64,000 nucleotides of DNA from Candidatus Poribacteria bacterium (GTDB lineage: Bacteria > Poribacteria > WGA-4E > WGA-3G): the NCBI GenBank assembly GCA_965198235.1, contig OZ240248.1, positions 1,440,001 through 1,504,000 on the forward strand, given 5' to 3'. Position 1 is the stretch's first letter; each line of letters begins with the position of its first letter. The notes beneath the pieces were generated by a model that saw only the letters and a list, made by a program, of their open reading frames with translations, did no database searches and was not told the DNA's origin. Both the position numbers and the translations under genes were made by a program. Shown here in pieces: positions 39,320 through 49,374 of the stretch.

Positions 39320-40018
39320 ATGAACACGCCACCCGGCACGCTTTACCTCGTTAGCACACCAATCGGAAATTTAGAAGATATTACCTTGCGCGCACTACGT
39401 ATCCTCAAAGAGGTGGACCTCGTCGCCGCTGAGGATACCCGTCAAACACGTCGACTGCTAACGCATTACAATATTCGAACACCGCTCACAAGTTACTTTG
39501 AGGCTAACCAGCAGGTGAAAGGAGACAAACTGATCGAACGTCTGAAGGCAGGTGAGACAATCGCGCTCGTTTCAGATGCTGGCACGCCGATCATTTCTGA
39601 TCCGGGGTATCCGCTCTTACGCGGATGCATCGAGGCAGAAATTCCAATCATTCCTATTCCTGGGGCATCGGCGGTCGTCACAGCGGCATCCATCTCCGGG
39701 CTACCCCTACATAACTTTACTTTTGAAGGTTTCCTCTCTCCAAAATCTGGGAAAAGAAAACGTCAGTTGCGTGTACTCGCTGATGAAGAAAGAACGTTAA
39801 TTCTCTTTGAATCCCCGCATCGGCTCCGACGTTTCCTTGAAGATGTCCTTGAAGTGATGGGTGAACGGGACATTGTCATCGCACGCGAGTTGACAAAACG
39901 GTTTGAAGAGGTATTTCGTGGGAATGTTAGTAAAGCGCTGGAGAAATTCCGAAATACCGAGCCGCGAGGGGAATTTACCATTGTTATTTCCGGCGTAAGG
40001 AGAAAAGATGACAACTGA
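39320..40018 (+). CDS. rsmI: 16S rRNA (cytidine1402-2'-O)-methyltransferase
   Basis: LYLVSTPIGNLEDIT.RA...AAEDTR, SDAGTP.ISDPG, FESPHR, RELTK. Confidence 0.96.
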   Translation: MNTPPGTLYLVSTPIGNLEDITLRALRILKEVDLVAAEDTRQTRRLLTHYNIRTPLTSYFEANQQVKGDKLIERLKAGETIALVSDAGTPIISDPGYPLLRGCIEAEIPIIPIPGASAVVTAASISGLPLHNFTFEGFLSPKSGKRKRQLRVLADEERTLILFESPHRLRRFLEDVLEVMGERDIVIARELTKRFEEVFRGNVSKALEKFRNTEPRGEFTIVISGVRRKDDN

Positions 40019-40946
40019 TACAATCGCACAAATCGCAGTTATCGGTGCAGGACTGATGGGACACGGCATCGCGCAGGAGTTTGCAAGCGCGGGATACCGC
40101 GTCCATTTGCACGATGTCACCAACGAGCAACTCGAAATCGCTCTCACCCAAATTGAGCAAAATCTAAATGTACTCGCTGCAAATGCCATTATTCAAGAGG
40201 ACGGTATTTTCCAAACCCTACAGCGAATTCAGACCTCTACAGAACTCGAAGCAGTCGCAGAAGATGCAGACTTTGTAGTGGAAGCCATTACTGAGAATTT
40301 GGCACTAAAACAGCAGATATTCGGTAAATTAGACACAATATGTCCACCGCACACAGTTTTGGCGAGCAATACGACGGCATTAATGCCGAGCCAAATCGGT
40401 GTAGACGCGAAACGCAAGGATCAGATACTCAATACCCACTATTTTAATCCACCTTATCTGATTCCGCTCGTCGAACTAATTCGTAGTCCTGATACATCTG
40501 ATGAAACGGTTGAAGTGACGTTTGAACTCCTAACAACGATCGGTAAAACACCTGCAATTATTGAAAAAGAAGCACTCGGTTTCGTTGGACCGCGACTGCA
40601 AGCCGCTTTGATTCGGGAAGCGTTCGCTATTGTGGAGCAAGGTATCGCCAGCGCAGAGACCGTGGATCTCGTTGTACGCAACAGTTTTGGACGAAGACTC
40701 AGCGTCGCCGGTCCCTTTGAGGTCTTTGAACTCGCAGGGTGGGACCTCGTCCTTGCCGCTTTTGAAGAACTCTATAAGGATCTCAACAGTTCATCTGACA
40801 TCAATCCGCTCCTCCGACAGATGGTTGAATCCGGTAAACTCGGCGTAAAATCTAAGAAAGGCTTCTACAGTTGGACGGATAAGGAGATACAGCAGCTTCG
40901 GGAACGAATGAATCATGCTTTGATACAGCAAGCAAAAGATGCGTAA
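40008..40946 (+). CDS. 3-hydroxyacyl-CoA dehydrogenase family protein
   Basis: GAGLMGHGIA, VVEAITENL..K, LASNT, HYFNPP..IPLVE. Confidence 0.92.
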   Translation: MTTDTIAQIAVIGAGLMGHGIAQEFASAGYRVHLHDVTNEQLEIALTQIEQNLNVLAANAIIQEDGIFQTLQRIQTSTELEAVAEDADFVVEAITENLALKQQIFGKLDTICPPHTVLASNTTALMPSQIGVDAKRKDQILNTHYFNPPYLIPLVELIRSPDTSDETVEVTFELLTTIGKTPAIIEKEALGFVGPRLQAALIREAFAIVEQGIASAETVDLVVRNSFGRRLSVAGPFEVFELAGWDLVLAAFEELYKDLNSSSDINPLLRQMVESGKLGVKSKKGFYSWTDKEIQQLRERMNHALIQQAKDA

Positions 40947-41646
40947 GGTAGCAGACAAACTCCACTCGATTTCTGTCCACAAAAAGCGTCGCGTTATATT
41001 ACTGCTTGTGGTGCTGATTGGGTTAGTCCTTGGTGGAGTCTATCATAGACAAGTTTGGGAATATTTCCTCGAGCTCATCGCAGCTTTTCAGAGTATCGAG
41101 ACAGCGCGAGCGTACATCGCGAGTTATGGCGCACTCGCGCCTGTTGTATCGGCGATACTCATGGTCTTTCAGAGCGTGATTGCGCCTTTGCCAGCGTTTT
41201 TGATTACCTTTGCAAACGGCACACTCTTTGGGTTTTGGTGGGGTTCACTTTTGTCATGGAGTAGTTCGATGGTTGGCGCGGCGTTCTGCTTCTATATTGC
41301 CCGCTATCTCGGTATTCAACGTGTTACGCAACTCATCAGTCAACCGGCAGTTGAAAAGGCAAATGATTTCGTTGAAAAATATGGCATTTACGCTATTCTT
41401 ATTGCTCGCTTAATTCCGTTCATCTCTTTTGATGTTATCAGCTATTTTGCAGGAGCAACCCGGATGCGGTTTCTCGGATTTTGGGTTGCCACTGGGATCG
41501 GTCAAATGCCAGCCACCTTGGTTTATTCTTACCTCGGTGAGAGTGCATCGCCACACATCAAATGGATTCTTTTCGTTTTTGGTATCGTCATCGCGATCTC
41601 AATTGTAAGATGGCTCCTGAAAACCCGAACTTTTAGGGAAGATTAA
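40939..41646 (+). CDS. TVP38/TMEM64 (DedA/VTT) membrane protein
   Basis: APLPAF.IT..NG..FG; ARLIPFISFD..SY.AG. Confidence 0.9.
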   Translation: MRKVADKLHSISVHKKRRVILLLVVLIGLVLGGVYHRQVWEYFLELIAAFQSIETARAYIASYGALAPVVSAILMVFQSVIAPLPAFLITFANGTLFGFWWGSLLSWSSSMVGAAFCFYIARYLGIQRVTQLISQPAVEKANDFVEKYGIYAILIARLIPFISFDVISYFAGATRMRFLGFWVATGIGQMPATLVYSYLGESASPHIKWILFVFGIVIAISIVRWLLKTRTFRED

Positions 41647-41647
41647 G

Positions 41648-41745
41648 TGGGAGGGCTTGGAAACCCCTCCCACAAAGATTTGAGGTGGAGTCATCGGAGT
41701 TGGAAACCCCTCCCACAAAGATTTGAGGTTAAACCCTCTCCTACA
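41648..41745. repeat. REP-like hairpin GTGGGAGGG...CCCTCCCAC with local duplications (possible terminator)
   Basis: ttggaaacccctcccacaaagatttgagg occurs twice; related starts near 6525 and 21756. Confidence 0.6.
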
Positions 41746-41768
41746 ACCATTACCAAAGGAGATTCAAA

Positions 41769-42743
41769 ATGGTTCGCATAGGTGTAGTCGGAGTCGGTGG
41801 CATGGGAAACGCCCATTGCAACTCGCTCCCTAATGTTGAAAATTGTGAATTTGTAGGTGTAGCAGATCTCCGCTTGGACGCAGCAGAGGCTGTCGCCCAA
41901 CAGCATCAGATTCGCGCGTTCCAAGACTATCACAAATTATTTGATGTTGTGGACGCTATTGTTGTCGCAACACCGCCTATCGCACATACACAGGTAGTCG
42001 TTGATGCCGCTGAAGCAGGAGTGCATGCTTTCTGCGAAAAACCGCTCTCATTGACGCTTGCCGAGGCAGATACGATGATTGAGGCATCGGATAAGGCGGG
42101 GACGCACCTGATGGTAGGGCAGGTGTTACGCTTTTATCCTGTCCACGAACTCGGTAGACAGATGGTCGATGCTGGCGATATTGGCGACATTACCTATATC
42201 GAAACCGATTACACGGGTCCCTATAATGCCCCGCGCAATCGTCCCGAAAGTTGGTACGGCACTGTCGGTGGACTTCTGGAAAACGGCATCCACAAATCCG
42301 ATCTGATTAATTGGTTCGGTGGCACTGCACTCACTGTTGCTGCCGAGGTGGGCAGCTTCTCTGGGCATGACGATTGGGAAGATTACACCGTCTCGCTCAT
42401 CCGTTACGATTCCGGAGCGGTGGGGATTTTACGATGGGGCGGCTTCCTCGGCGCACGAGGCACCAACGAAACCATTATTGACGGCTCCGAAGGCTCGCTC
42501 CGCTTAGATATGGCAGCCGATCTCGCCTATCACAAAAAGCGAGGCGACGAGTGGAGAGAAATCGTTCCTGACCGAGATGGACCGCACGGGGTCGTCGGTG
42601 AATTAACCCATTTTGTCAACTGTGTCCGAGATAACAAAACGCCTATGATTGACGGTAGGGGTGGAAAACACGCCGTAGAGGTCGTTTTGGCGACCTATCA
42701 ATCTGCGAAAGAGAAAACCAAGGTTGCTCTGCCGATGCAGTAA
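41769..42743 (+). CDS. Gfo/Idh/MocA oxidoreductase
   Basis: GVGGMG, CEKPL, GGLLENGIH. Confidence 0.92.
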   Translation: MVRIGVVGVGGMGNAHCNSLPNVENCEFVGVADLRLDAAEAVAQQHQIRAFQDYHKLFDVVDAIVVATPPIAHTQVVVDAAEAGVHAFCEKPLSLTLAEADTMIEASDKAGTHLMVGQVLRFYPVHELGRQMVDAGDIGDITYIETDYTGPYNAPRNRPESWYGTVGGLLENGIHKSDLINWFGGTALTVAAEVGSFSGHDDWEDYTVSLIRYDSGAVGILRWGGFLGARGTNETIIDGSEGSLRLDMAADLAYHKKRGDEWREIVPDRDGPHGVVGELTHFVNCVRDNKTPMIDGRGGKHAVEVVLATYQSAKEKTKVALPMQ

Positions 42744-42906
42744 GAGTGTTGGGCTATTGGCTTTCAGTATTCTGCCATCCACGGTTTCTGTTTTTCAATA
42801 ATGGAACCATCGGTTATCAGTTGCCAGTGGGGTCGTGAGGCTTAGCGGGCATCAGGGACTTCTTTAACCGATAACTGACCGCTGATAACTGACTACTATA
42901 TTAAAA

Positions 42907-43776
42907 ATGCTCTTCCTTATTCTCAATATTGTCCTGCTCTCCGGATTCGGGCTCTTTCTCAAACATGCCAAAGATAATCAACAACGCTTAAACCCAATCG
43001 GTTTTGTCAATTACCTCAGTGCTTTTTTCATCAGCGTCTGGGTCCTGTCACAGGAACAGGATTTTGAGTTCTCAAAGTTAACCTTCGTGTTAGGTATATC
43101 AAACGGTGTGACGTACGCTGCCGGGTTTGAGTTGTTTACGCTTGGGATCCGACTCAGTGGGATTGTCGTCACCGCCGCGCTCGTCAGACTATCCATCGTG
43201 ATACCGATTTTGGTGTCGATGCTGTTCTGGAAAGAGATTCCCAATCTGTGGCAAACTGTAGGGCTTCTCTTAACTTTCGTGGCGATTCCACTCCTCAGCC
43301 AGCGGGAAAAAGAACCGACTTATAAATTTACACCTGACAGACCGGAAGTGAATCAAGGTTTGGGATTCGCCGTCGTTATCACTATTCTGGTTATCACCGG
43401 CATTTCGCGACTCACCATGAAAGCCTTCAACGAGATGTGTCCTGTTGATGAGAAATCGCTCTATATGAGTCTGCTTTTCGGTGTCGCCACACTTATTTAT
43501 TTCGGGATATGCCTCTATCAGAGAACATGGCCGAATTGGTGGGAGGTCTTCTACGGTACGTTGATAGGTATCTGTAATGTCGCTGGAAGTTGGGCACTCC
43601 TCATCGCACTGGACAAGGTGAGCGCGTTGATTGCCTTTCCGATGTCAAGTTCCGGGGGCGTGCTGTTTACGATGTTCGTTGGCATGGTATTCCTCCGTGA
43701 GCGGTTGGGGCGAATTCCTCTCATCGGCGCGGTACTCGCAATGATCGCACTGATTTTCGTCAATTTGAAGCTCTGA
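42907..43776 (+). CDS. EamA/DMT-family transporter
   Basis: About 10 hydrophobic helices in two repeats, FWKE and FLRE motifs. Confidence 0.8.
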   Translation: MLFLILNIVLLSGFGLFLKHAKDNQQRLNPIGFVNYLSAFFISVWVLSQEQDFEFSKLTFVLGISNGVTYAAGFELFTLGIRLSGIVVTAALVRLSIVIPILVSMLFWKEIPNLWQTVGLLLTFVAIPLLSQREKEPTYKFTPDRPEVNQGLGFAVVITILVITGISRLTMKAFNEMCPVDEKSLYMSLLFGVATLIYFGICLYQRTWPNWWEVFYGTLIGICNVAGSWALLIALDKVSALIAFPMSSSGGVLFTMFVGMVFLRERLGRIPLIGAVLAMIALIFVNLKL

Positions 43777-43849
43777 CTCACGGTCTTGAGGATCTCACAA
43801 TCCAGAATCCGCTTCTACCTCGAATTAAGGCTGTAGAGCAAAGACAAAT

Positions 43850-43878
43850 TTGACTTTGGACGCAAAATGTGGTATCAT
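43850..43878 (+). promoter_or_regulatory. sigma70 promoter
   Basis: TTGACT-N17-TATCAT with TGn extension. Confidence 0.6.
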
Positions 43879-43906
43879 TTATCAAAAATAGGGATTCTGA
43901 AGAAGA

Positions 43907-44383
43907 ATGCGAGAGAGCGTAGAGCTTGTCATCCGAGGTGTCCATCTGATAGCGGCGATAGTCTGGTTCGGGGGTGTTATCTTTTCTACCTTCGTCGCGA
44001 TACCGATTCTACAGCGCAACTTACCGCCGCAAAACCTGTTAGCAATTCACAATCGTTTTCGGGTCTTAATACGGTTGATGATTCATGTTCTACTGACGAC
44101 GGGCGCGATGGTATTTTTTATTGTTGCATGGAATAATGGCTTTTTTGCAGGGGATAGTGATGGTAATTTCAGATCCTATATGTTAGCTTTTGTCGCGAAG
44201 CTTGCGGCGTTTGGCGTAATGACACTCTTTTGGGGGGTGTACAGCTCGGTCTATCGGCGGCACCTCGAAATCACCCCGCCTGATGCAGATGCGCAGTCTC
44301 ATCATAATCCCTATATCAACGTCTGGAAAAGTCTGATGTTGGTAGCAGGCTTAATTGTTTTCGCACTCACATTGCTATTGTAG
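43907..44383 (+). CDS. 4-TM membrane protein (CopD/DUF4149-like)
   Basis: HLIAAIVWFGG motif; K in the third helix. Confidence 0.6.
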   Translation: MRESVELVIRGVHLIAAIVWFGGVIFSTFVAIPILQRNLPPQNLLAIHNRFRVLIRLMIHVLLTTGAMVFFIVAWNNGFFAGDSDGNFRSYMLAFVAKLAAFGVMTLFWGVYSSVYRRHLEITPPDADAQSHHNPYINVWKSLMLVAGLIVFALTLLL

Positions 44384-44482
44384 TTTCGACGGAGCCTTTA
44401 ATTATTAAGTAGTGTGTTGATATACATCGAAAACCCGTTTTTGACATCGGAAAAAACGGAGCAAAAACCAGTCGTTAAAAAA

Positions 44483-45847
44483 ATGCAAAATACAAAAGTT
44501 CAGGCAGTTTCATGGAATATTACCCGATTGTGTAATCTAAAGTGTACACACTGCTATCTTCCAGCCGGATTTGTTGATACAAACGAGTTGGCAAATGGAG
44601 ACTTCCACCTATCCGATATTCAAGGCTCACATGAATACTCCAGGGATGCGGAATTAAGCCAGGCACAATGTTTTCGCGTTATTGATGAAATCGCCGAAAT
44701 CAATCCGCACATCCTCCTTATTCTCACTGGTGGTGAACCTCTATTACGCCCGGATATCTTGGAGATATCGAAATATGCCTCCGATACCGGGTTTCTTGTT
44801 GTAATGGGTACAAACGGTGTTTTGTTGAACGATAGCGTCGTTGAAAAGATGCAGCAGCACGGTGTCACCGGTGCAGGCATTAGTCTTGACTCTATCCAAC
44901 CTACGAACCACGATCGGTTTCGAGGGATGGAGGGTGCGTGGAAAGCGACGATGAACGGTGTAGAGGCACTCAAACGCGCACAACTCGATTTCCTCGTTCA
45001 GACCTCCGTAACGCAGTGGAATTACGATGAAATTCCAGAAATTGTGGAGTTCGCGTATCAACTCGGTGCGAAGGTGCTAAATCTCTACTTCCTTGTCCGA
45101 ACCGGAAGGGGTAAGACGGTGATGGACATTACACCAGCGCAATATGAGAAGATGCTTGAGACACTTTTCAAGTTGCAGGCAGCTTATGCTGGAAAAATGC
45201 TCATCGCCGCGAAATGCGCACCGCACTACAAACGCGTCATCTATGAACAACAGTCTGACTCTGCGTTTCTTCAGGGATACCCCAGTGGTACCTGCCCATG
45301 TGGAATTTACTACTGCCGTATCACACCTGAAGGCGAACTGACCCCTTGTCCCTATCTACCTGTTAGCGTCGGTAACCTCAAGGATGAGAGTTTTGTCAAA
45401 CTCTGGAATGCGTCAGAAACCTTCCAAAACTTACGGAATCGAGATTTGCTTGAAGGGAAGTGCGGCGCGTGTGAATTCAGAGAGGTGTGCGGCGGCTGTA
45501 GGGCACGTGCCTATGCAACGACCGGCAACTATCTCGCCGAAGACGCGTCGTGTGAATATCAGCCCGGACAAAGAAGCGAGGTTTCAAACCTCGCCAGCGT
45601 CACACCGCCTGTTCAAATAGAGAAAAAGATTGCTTTCGCAACGGAAATCGATTACGATTTACAGTGGATGCCGGCAGCAGAAGAGAGATTGAAGCGGGTA
45701 CCCTCGTTTGCACGTGGGATGGTAGTCAAAAGCGTTGAAAGATACGCACGCGAACACGGTCATCGCGAGGTTACCCCTGAACTGATGCAAGCTGTCAAGA
45801 AACGATTTGATAAAACCGGTATTCCATCCTTCAGACCGAAACGCTAA
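44483..45847 (+). CDS. radical SAM/SPASM protein (AhbD/NirJ-like) with C-terminal PCP_red-like domain
   Basis: CNLKCTHC, LTGGEPLLR, SPASM cysteines (C...PC...CGAC..C.GCRARA...C); tail WMPAAEERLKRVPSFAR. Confidence 0.85.
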   Translation: MQNTKVQAVSWNITRLCNLKCTHCYLPAGFVDTNELANGDFHLSDIQGSHEYSRDAELSQAQCFRVIDEIAEINPHILLILTGGEPLLRPDILEISKYASDTGFLVVMGTNGVLLNDSVVEKMQQHGVTGAGISLDSIQPTNHDRFRGMEGAWKATMNGVEALKRAQLDFLVQTSVTQWNYDEIPEIVEFAYQLGAKVLNLYFLVRTGRGKTVMDITPAQYEKMLETLFKLQAAYAGKMLIAAKCAPHYKRVIYEQQSDSAFLQGYPSGTCPCGIYYCRITPEGELTPCPYLPVSVGNLKDESFVKLWNASETFQNLRNRDLLEGKCGACEFREVCGGCRARAYATTGNYLAEDASCEYQPGQRSEVSNLASVTPPVQIEKKIAFATEIDYDLQWMPAAEERLKRVPSFARGMVVKSVERYAREHGHREVTPELMQAVKKRFDKTGIPSFRPKR

Positions 45848-45904
45848 TGTAAGATAGTAGGCACACTCCGTTGTGCCGTCGCAACAACCATAGAGGAAAC
45901 TTAT

Positions 45905-46630
45905 ATGCTCACAACGGAACAGATAACATTTTTTCAGGAACATGGATACCTGATTCTTGAAAACTTCATTGATTCGGAGATAGTTGATGGATGGCGGACA
46001 CAGGTATGGGAGCATTTTAATTCCAGCTTGGAAACGCCGGAGACGTGGCCCAACGACTATGAGATTCAGGGATTCAGCTTCTCGCCGTTATTTGGACACC
46101 TACCTGTGATGCAGGAGATTACCGAGCAACTCGGTGGTGGACAATTTTTTACAGGCGGTGGCGGCTCACCAATTATCAAGTGGCCCAATCCTGAAGAAAA
46201 GTGGGCAATGCCCACGGACGGACACATCGATGCGTATGGTGCTGTCGCTGGCTGGAGTCCCTTTATGCTGGGTGCAACAACCTATCTCTATGATGCTGAA
46301 CCCAAGGGTGGTGCGTTCATCTTTTGGCCCCGAAGTCACCAGTCAACGCACAAGTACTTCCTCCAATATCCGGAGCAGATAGACGGCAGTTTCTACGATA
46401 TTGAGGGTTGGGATTGGCACGTACTTGCGGATTTATCCCCAGAGGGACCTCATGAGTTTATCGGTGCTGCGGGTGATGTTGTGCTGTGGCACGCGTTTCT
46501 CTGCCACACCGGGTCAGCAAATGTGAAAGATGTTCCTCGTTTTGGTCTCTTCGCACGGTATGCACATGAAAAACGGGAGGAGATTAAATACGAAATTCCA
46601 GAAGACCTCTGGAAATATTGGGCAATTTAA
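45905..46630 (+). CDS. phytanoyl-CoA dioxygenase (PhyH)-family protein, copy 1
   Basis: LT.EQI.FF.E.GYL; HID...GDVVLWH..L.H.GS.N...R. Confidence 0.8.
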   Translation: MLTTEQITFFQEHGYLILENFIDSEIVDGWRTQVWEHFNSSLETPETWPNDYEIQGFSFSPLFGHLPVMQEITEQLGGGQFFTGGGGSPIIKWPNPEEKWAMPTDGHIDAYGAVAGWSPFMLGATTYLYDAEPKGGAFIFWPRSHQSTHKYFLQYPEQIDGSFYDIEGWDWHVLADLSPEGPHEFIGAAGDVVLWHAFLCHTGSANVKDVPRFGLFARYAHEKREEIKYEIPEDLWKYWAI

Positions 46631-46683
46631 GGAGTGGTTGTCAGTTATCAGCCATCAGCCCTTTACTGGTAGAGGAAATTTGT

Positions 46684-47403
46684 ATGCTTACAGCAGAACA
46701 GATAGCATTTTTTCAGGAACATGGGTACTTAATCCTTAAAGGTTTAATCGATCCTGAAGTAATTGATAGATGGCGGACACAGGTATGGAAGCATTTTAAT
46801 TCCAGTTTGGAAACACCGGACACATGGCCCAACGATTACGTGGTGCAGAATTTCAGTTTCTCGCCATTGTTTGGACAACTGCCTGTGATGCAGGAGATTA
46901 CCGAGCAGCTCGGTGGCGGGCAATTTACAGGTGGTGGTGGTTCACCGCTCGTCAAATGGCCCAACCCTGAAGAAGAGTGGACAATGCCCGGTAGTGGACA
47001 CATCGATGCTTACGGTCCCGGTGGCTGGAGCCCTTTTATGCTGGGGGCAACAACCTACCTCTATGATGTCGAACCCGGCGGCGGTGCGTTCATCTTTTGG
47101 CCCCGAAGTCACCAGTCAACGCACAAGTACTTCCTTCAATATCCGGAGCAAATTGATGGCAGTTTCTACGATATTGAGGATTGGGGATGGCATGTGCTTT
47201 CGGATTTATCACCAGAGGGACCTTGTGAGTTTATCGGTGCCACGGGTGATGTTGTGTTGTGGCACGCGTTTTTGTGCCATACCGGTTCAGCGAATGTCAA
47301 AGATGTTCCCCGTTTTGGAATCTTCGCACGCTACTCCCATAAAAAACGGGAGGAGATTAAATACGAAATTCCAGAAGACCTCTGGAAATATTGGGTTATT
47401 TGA
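46684..47403 (+). CDS. PhyH-family protein, copy 2 (tandem paralog)
   Basis: Highly similar to 45905-46630; start at ATG 46684 after GAGG. Confidence 0.8.
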   Translation: MLTAEQIAFFQEHGYLILKGLIDPEVIDRWRTQVWKHFNSSLETPDTWPNDYVVQNFSFSPLFGQLPVMQEITEQLGGGQFTGGGGSPLVKWPNPEEEWTMPGSGHIDAYGPGGWSPFMLGATTYLYDVEPGGGAFIFWPRSHQSTHKYFLQYPEQIDGSFYDIEDWGWHVLSDLSPEGPCEFIGATGDVVLWHAFLCHTGSANVKDVPRFGIFARYSHKKREEIKYEIPEDLWKYWVI

Positions 47404-47447
47404 GCAATGGCTGTCAGCCATTAGTTATCAGTTCTTGATCAGAGGGC

Positions 47448-47720
47448 GTAAGCCCAAGCAACGCGCCGGGCTGGATATACGGGAAGGAACGTTCTCGTAA
47501 AATCCATCCTCACCGAACCGCAAGGTAAGTTAGAAGAATGTAAGCCCAAGCAACGCGCCGGGCTGGATGTCCGGGAAGGGGCGTTCTCGTAAAACCCGTC
47601 CTCACCGAACCGCAAGGTAAAATAAAAAAATGTAAGCCCAAGCAACGCGCCGGGCTGGATGTCCGGGAAGGAACGTTCTCGTAAAACCCGTCCTCACCGA
47701 ACCGCAAGGTAAATTTAAAA
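47448..47720 (+). repeat. 3 x 92-bp tandem CCGAACCGCAAGG-family units
   Basis: gtaagcccaagcaacgcgccgggc starts at 47448, 47540 and 47632; each unit ends ccgaaccgcaagg + A-rich tail. Confidence 0.95.
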
Positions 47721-47732
47721 TAGGAGTGAAAA

Positions 47733-48146
47733 ATGAACGAACAAACAAATTCACACGAGCGGCTTACGAATGTAGAAGAACGCTTGACACGTCTGGAAAG
47801 TCTGCTCGTCAGTATCAACGAAAAGTTGGAGCAGCGTTCCGATGTCGGTGAAGTTGATACCGAGAAGGCTGAAGAGTTCAGGCAGTGGGTGACGAATTAC
47901 GTCTCGATGCGACTGCAGCAACTCGTGCCAGAGACCTGCGACCACCCTGATGAAGTCTCACTTCAGGACGGTCCTTTCCTTGATAACACCACAGTGCCTT
48001 GTACGGAGGAAGTCGAGCATCGGGTTAAGCGGATACCAATTCCGTTTGTCCGTGAGATGGTTGTCCAGCGTGTCGCTGAAAATGCACGACAAGCCGGTAT
48101 TGAACGTGTGGATATTGAGTTTTTCGAGAAAGCGGCGACATTTTGA
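47733..48146 (+). CDS. coiled-coil + PCP_red-like domain protein
   Basis: N-terminal heptads; TEEVEHRVKRIPIPFVREMV...ARQAG..RVD; SD AGGAG. Confidence 0.6.
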   Translation: MNEQTNSHERLTNVEERLTRLESLLVSINEKLEQRSDVGEVDTEKAEEFRQWVTNYVSMRLQQLVPETCDHPDEVSLQDGPFLDNTTVPCTEEVEHRVKRIPIPFVREMVVQRVAENARQAGIERVDIEFFEKAATF

Positions 48147-48359
48147 CAATGCGAAGCCACGGAGGAGTTTCCTCTGCCCAATTTTGATTGGAAGGACTTC
48201 TTAAAGGCACCACTGTAGAGAGAACAATCTTAACCGTACATGTTCCCAACCCTGTTGCGATTCACCGAAAACCATCGTGGAACGAAATTATGCCTTAAAT
48301 GGCATAATTTGTCTTTGCTTTACATTTGGAACGATGCCCAGGAGACCATAATTAAAAAA

Positions 48360-48740
48360 ATGGAATGGGTTTTCAACACCTTCTCAGAATATCTTGAGAA
48401 TGACTTTAAAAAACGCATCGGGAAACTGGATCCCACTGTTGCGGACCTTTGGCAAGCCTTTCAGGTGCTTTTTCCTGCTACGTCGGCACAGTTACTCGTG
48501 CAAGAACCTGTCGGCAATACAGTACGGTTTAAACCGCTCGCCTTCTATCACGCAGACGAAATGGGTCCGTTGATTGAAGCCCCGTTGGAGTATCTCAGGA
48601 AAAATTTCGGGGGCGGCAAATTCAAAATCAACTTCTATCACGGTATGCAGTTCATCGCGACCATTAATTTCAAACCAGAGGGCCCTGAAATCTGGCGCGA
48701 GCTACCTGAGTTGGAAGGAAACCCCGTTTCCGATCAATAA
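48360..48740 (+). CDS. hypothetical protein
   Basis: The ORF portion upstream of 48360 lies in a repeat, so the start is moved to ATG 48360 (MEWVF...). Confidence 0.55.
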   Translation: MEWVFNTFSEYLENDFKKRIGKLDPTVADLWQAFQVLFPATSAQLLVQEPVGNTVRFKPLAFYHADEMGPLIEAPLEYLRKNFGGGKFKINFYHGMQFIATINFKPEGPEIWRELPELEGNPVSDQ

Positions 48741-48916
48741 CGCTAACGAAGTTCCGCTACTGAAGCACAATTTATCTTTCTATTACATTCTGCAACTACG
48801 GTTAGAAATCGGTAAACCTGATTAACAACTGATGTTATGTCCACCACGGCGTACATCACGAGGACAATAGACGAAATTGTGCTACTCAAACACAATTTCT
48901 CTTTGCTATACATTTC

Positions 48917-49351
48917 ATGAGCCAGCAACAGGAATTTGGGGCATGCCCCTCGTGTGGAAATGCGAACCTCCGTCGGTTGGATGATAATTCATGGTTCTGT
49001 TTGGATTGTGACTGGGATAACTTAAATGTCATTTCCAAAGGGAACGACGAATTGCTCTCCTCTCTCCTTCACGGAGACATCCATTCGCGGCGGCTCGCCG
49101 CGCAGGCGTTGATTAATATCGGCGACGCTGACCGACATCTTGCCTCTTCAACGGATACAAATGCACTACTGGAAGCACTGGACGACGAAGATGCCGATGT
49201 ACGCTACTTCGTCGCGGTTGCCCTCGGTAAACTGGAAGTGAGCCTCAGTCTCAGCAAACTTAAACAACTCGCCCGAGACGATGCCTCCGCACTCGTGCGG
49301 GAAGGGGCTAAGACCGCTGTTGAGTTGATAGAATCGCGCCAGTTGTCTTAA
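48917..49351 (+). CDS. zinc-ribbon + HEAT-repeat protein
   Basis: CPSC...CLDC; LLEALDDEDADVRYFVAVALG. Confidence 0.75.
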   Translation: MSQQQEFGACPSCGNANLRRLDDNSWFCLDCDWDNLNVISKGNDELLSSLLHGDIHSRRLAAQALINIGDADRHLASSTDTNALLEALDDEDADVRYFVAVALGKLEVSLSLSKLKQLARDDASALVREGAKTAVELIESRQLS

Positions 49352-49374
49352 AGGCTATCGGTTATCGGCCATCA

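Noticed and set aside
42810-42900. CTGATAAC/CTGACT microrepeat tracts (also near 22110, 36655, 46635, 50860) as regulatory arrays
   Set aside because: Degenerate short tandem repeats common to many intergenic gaps here; no specific role can be supported
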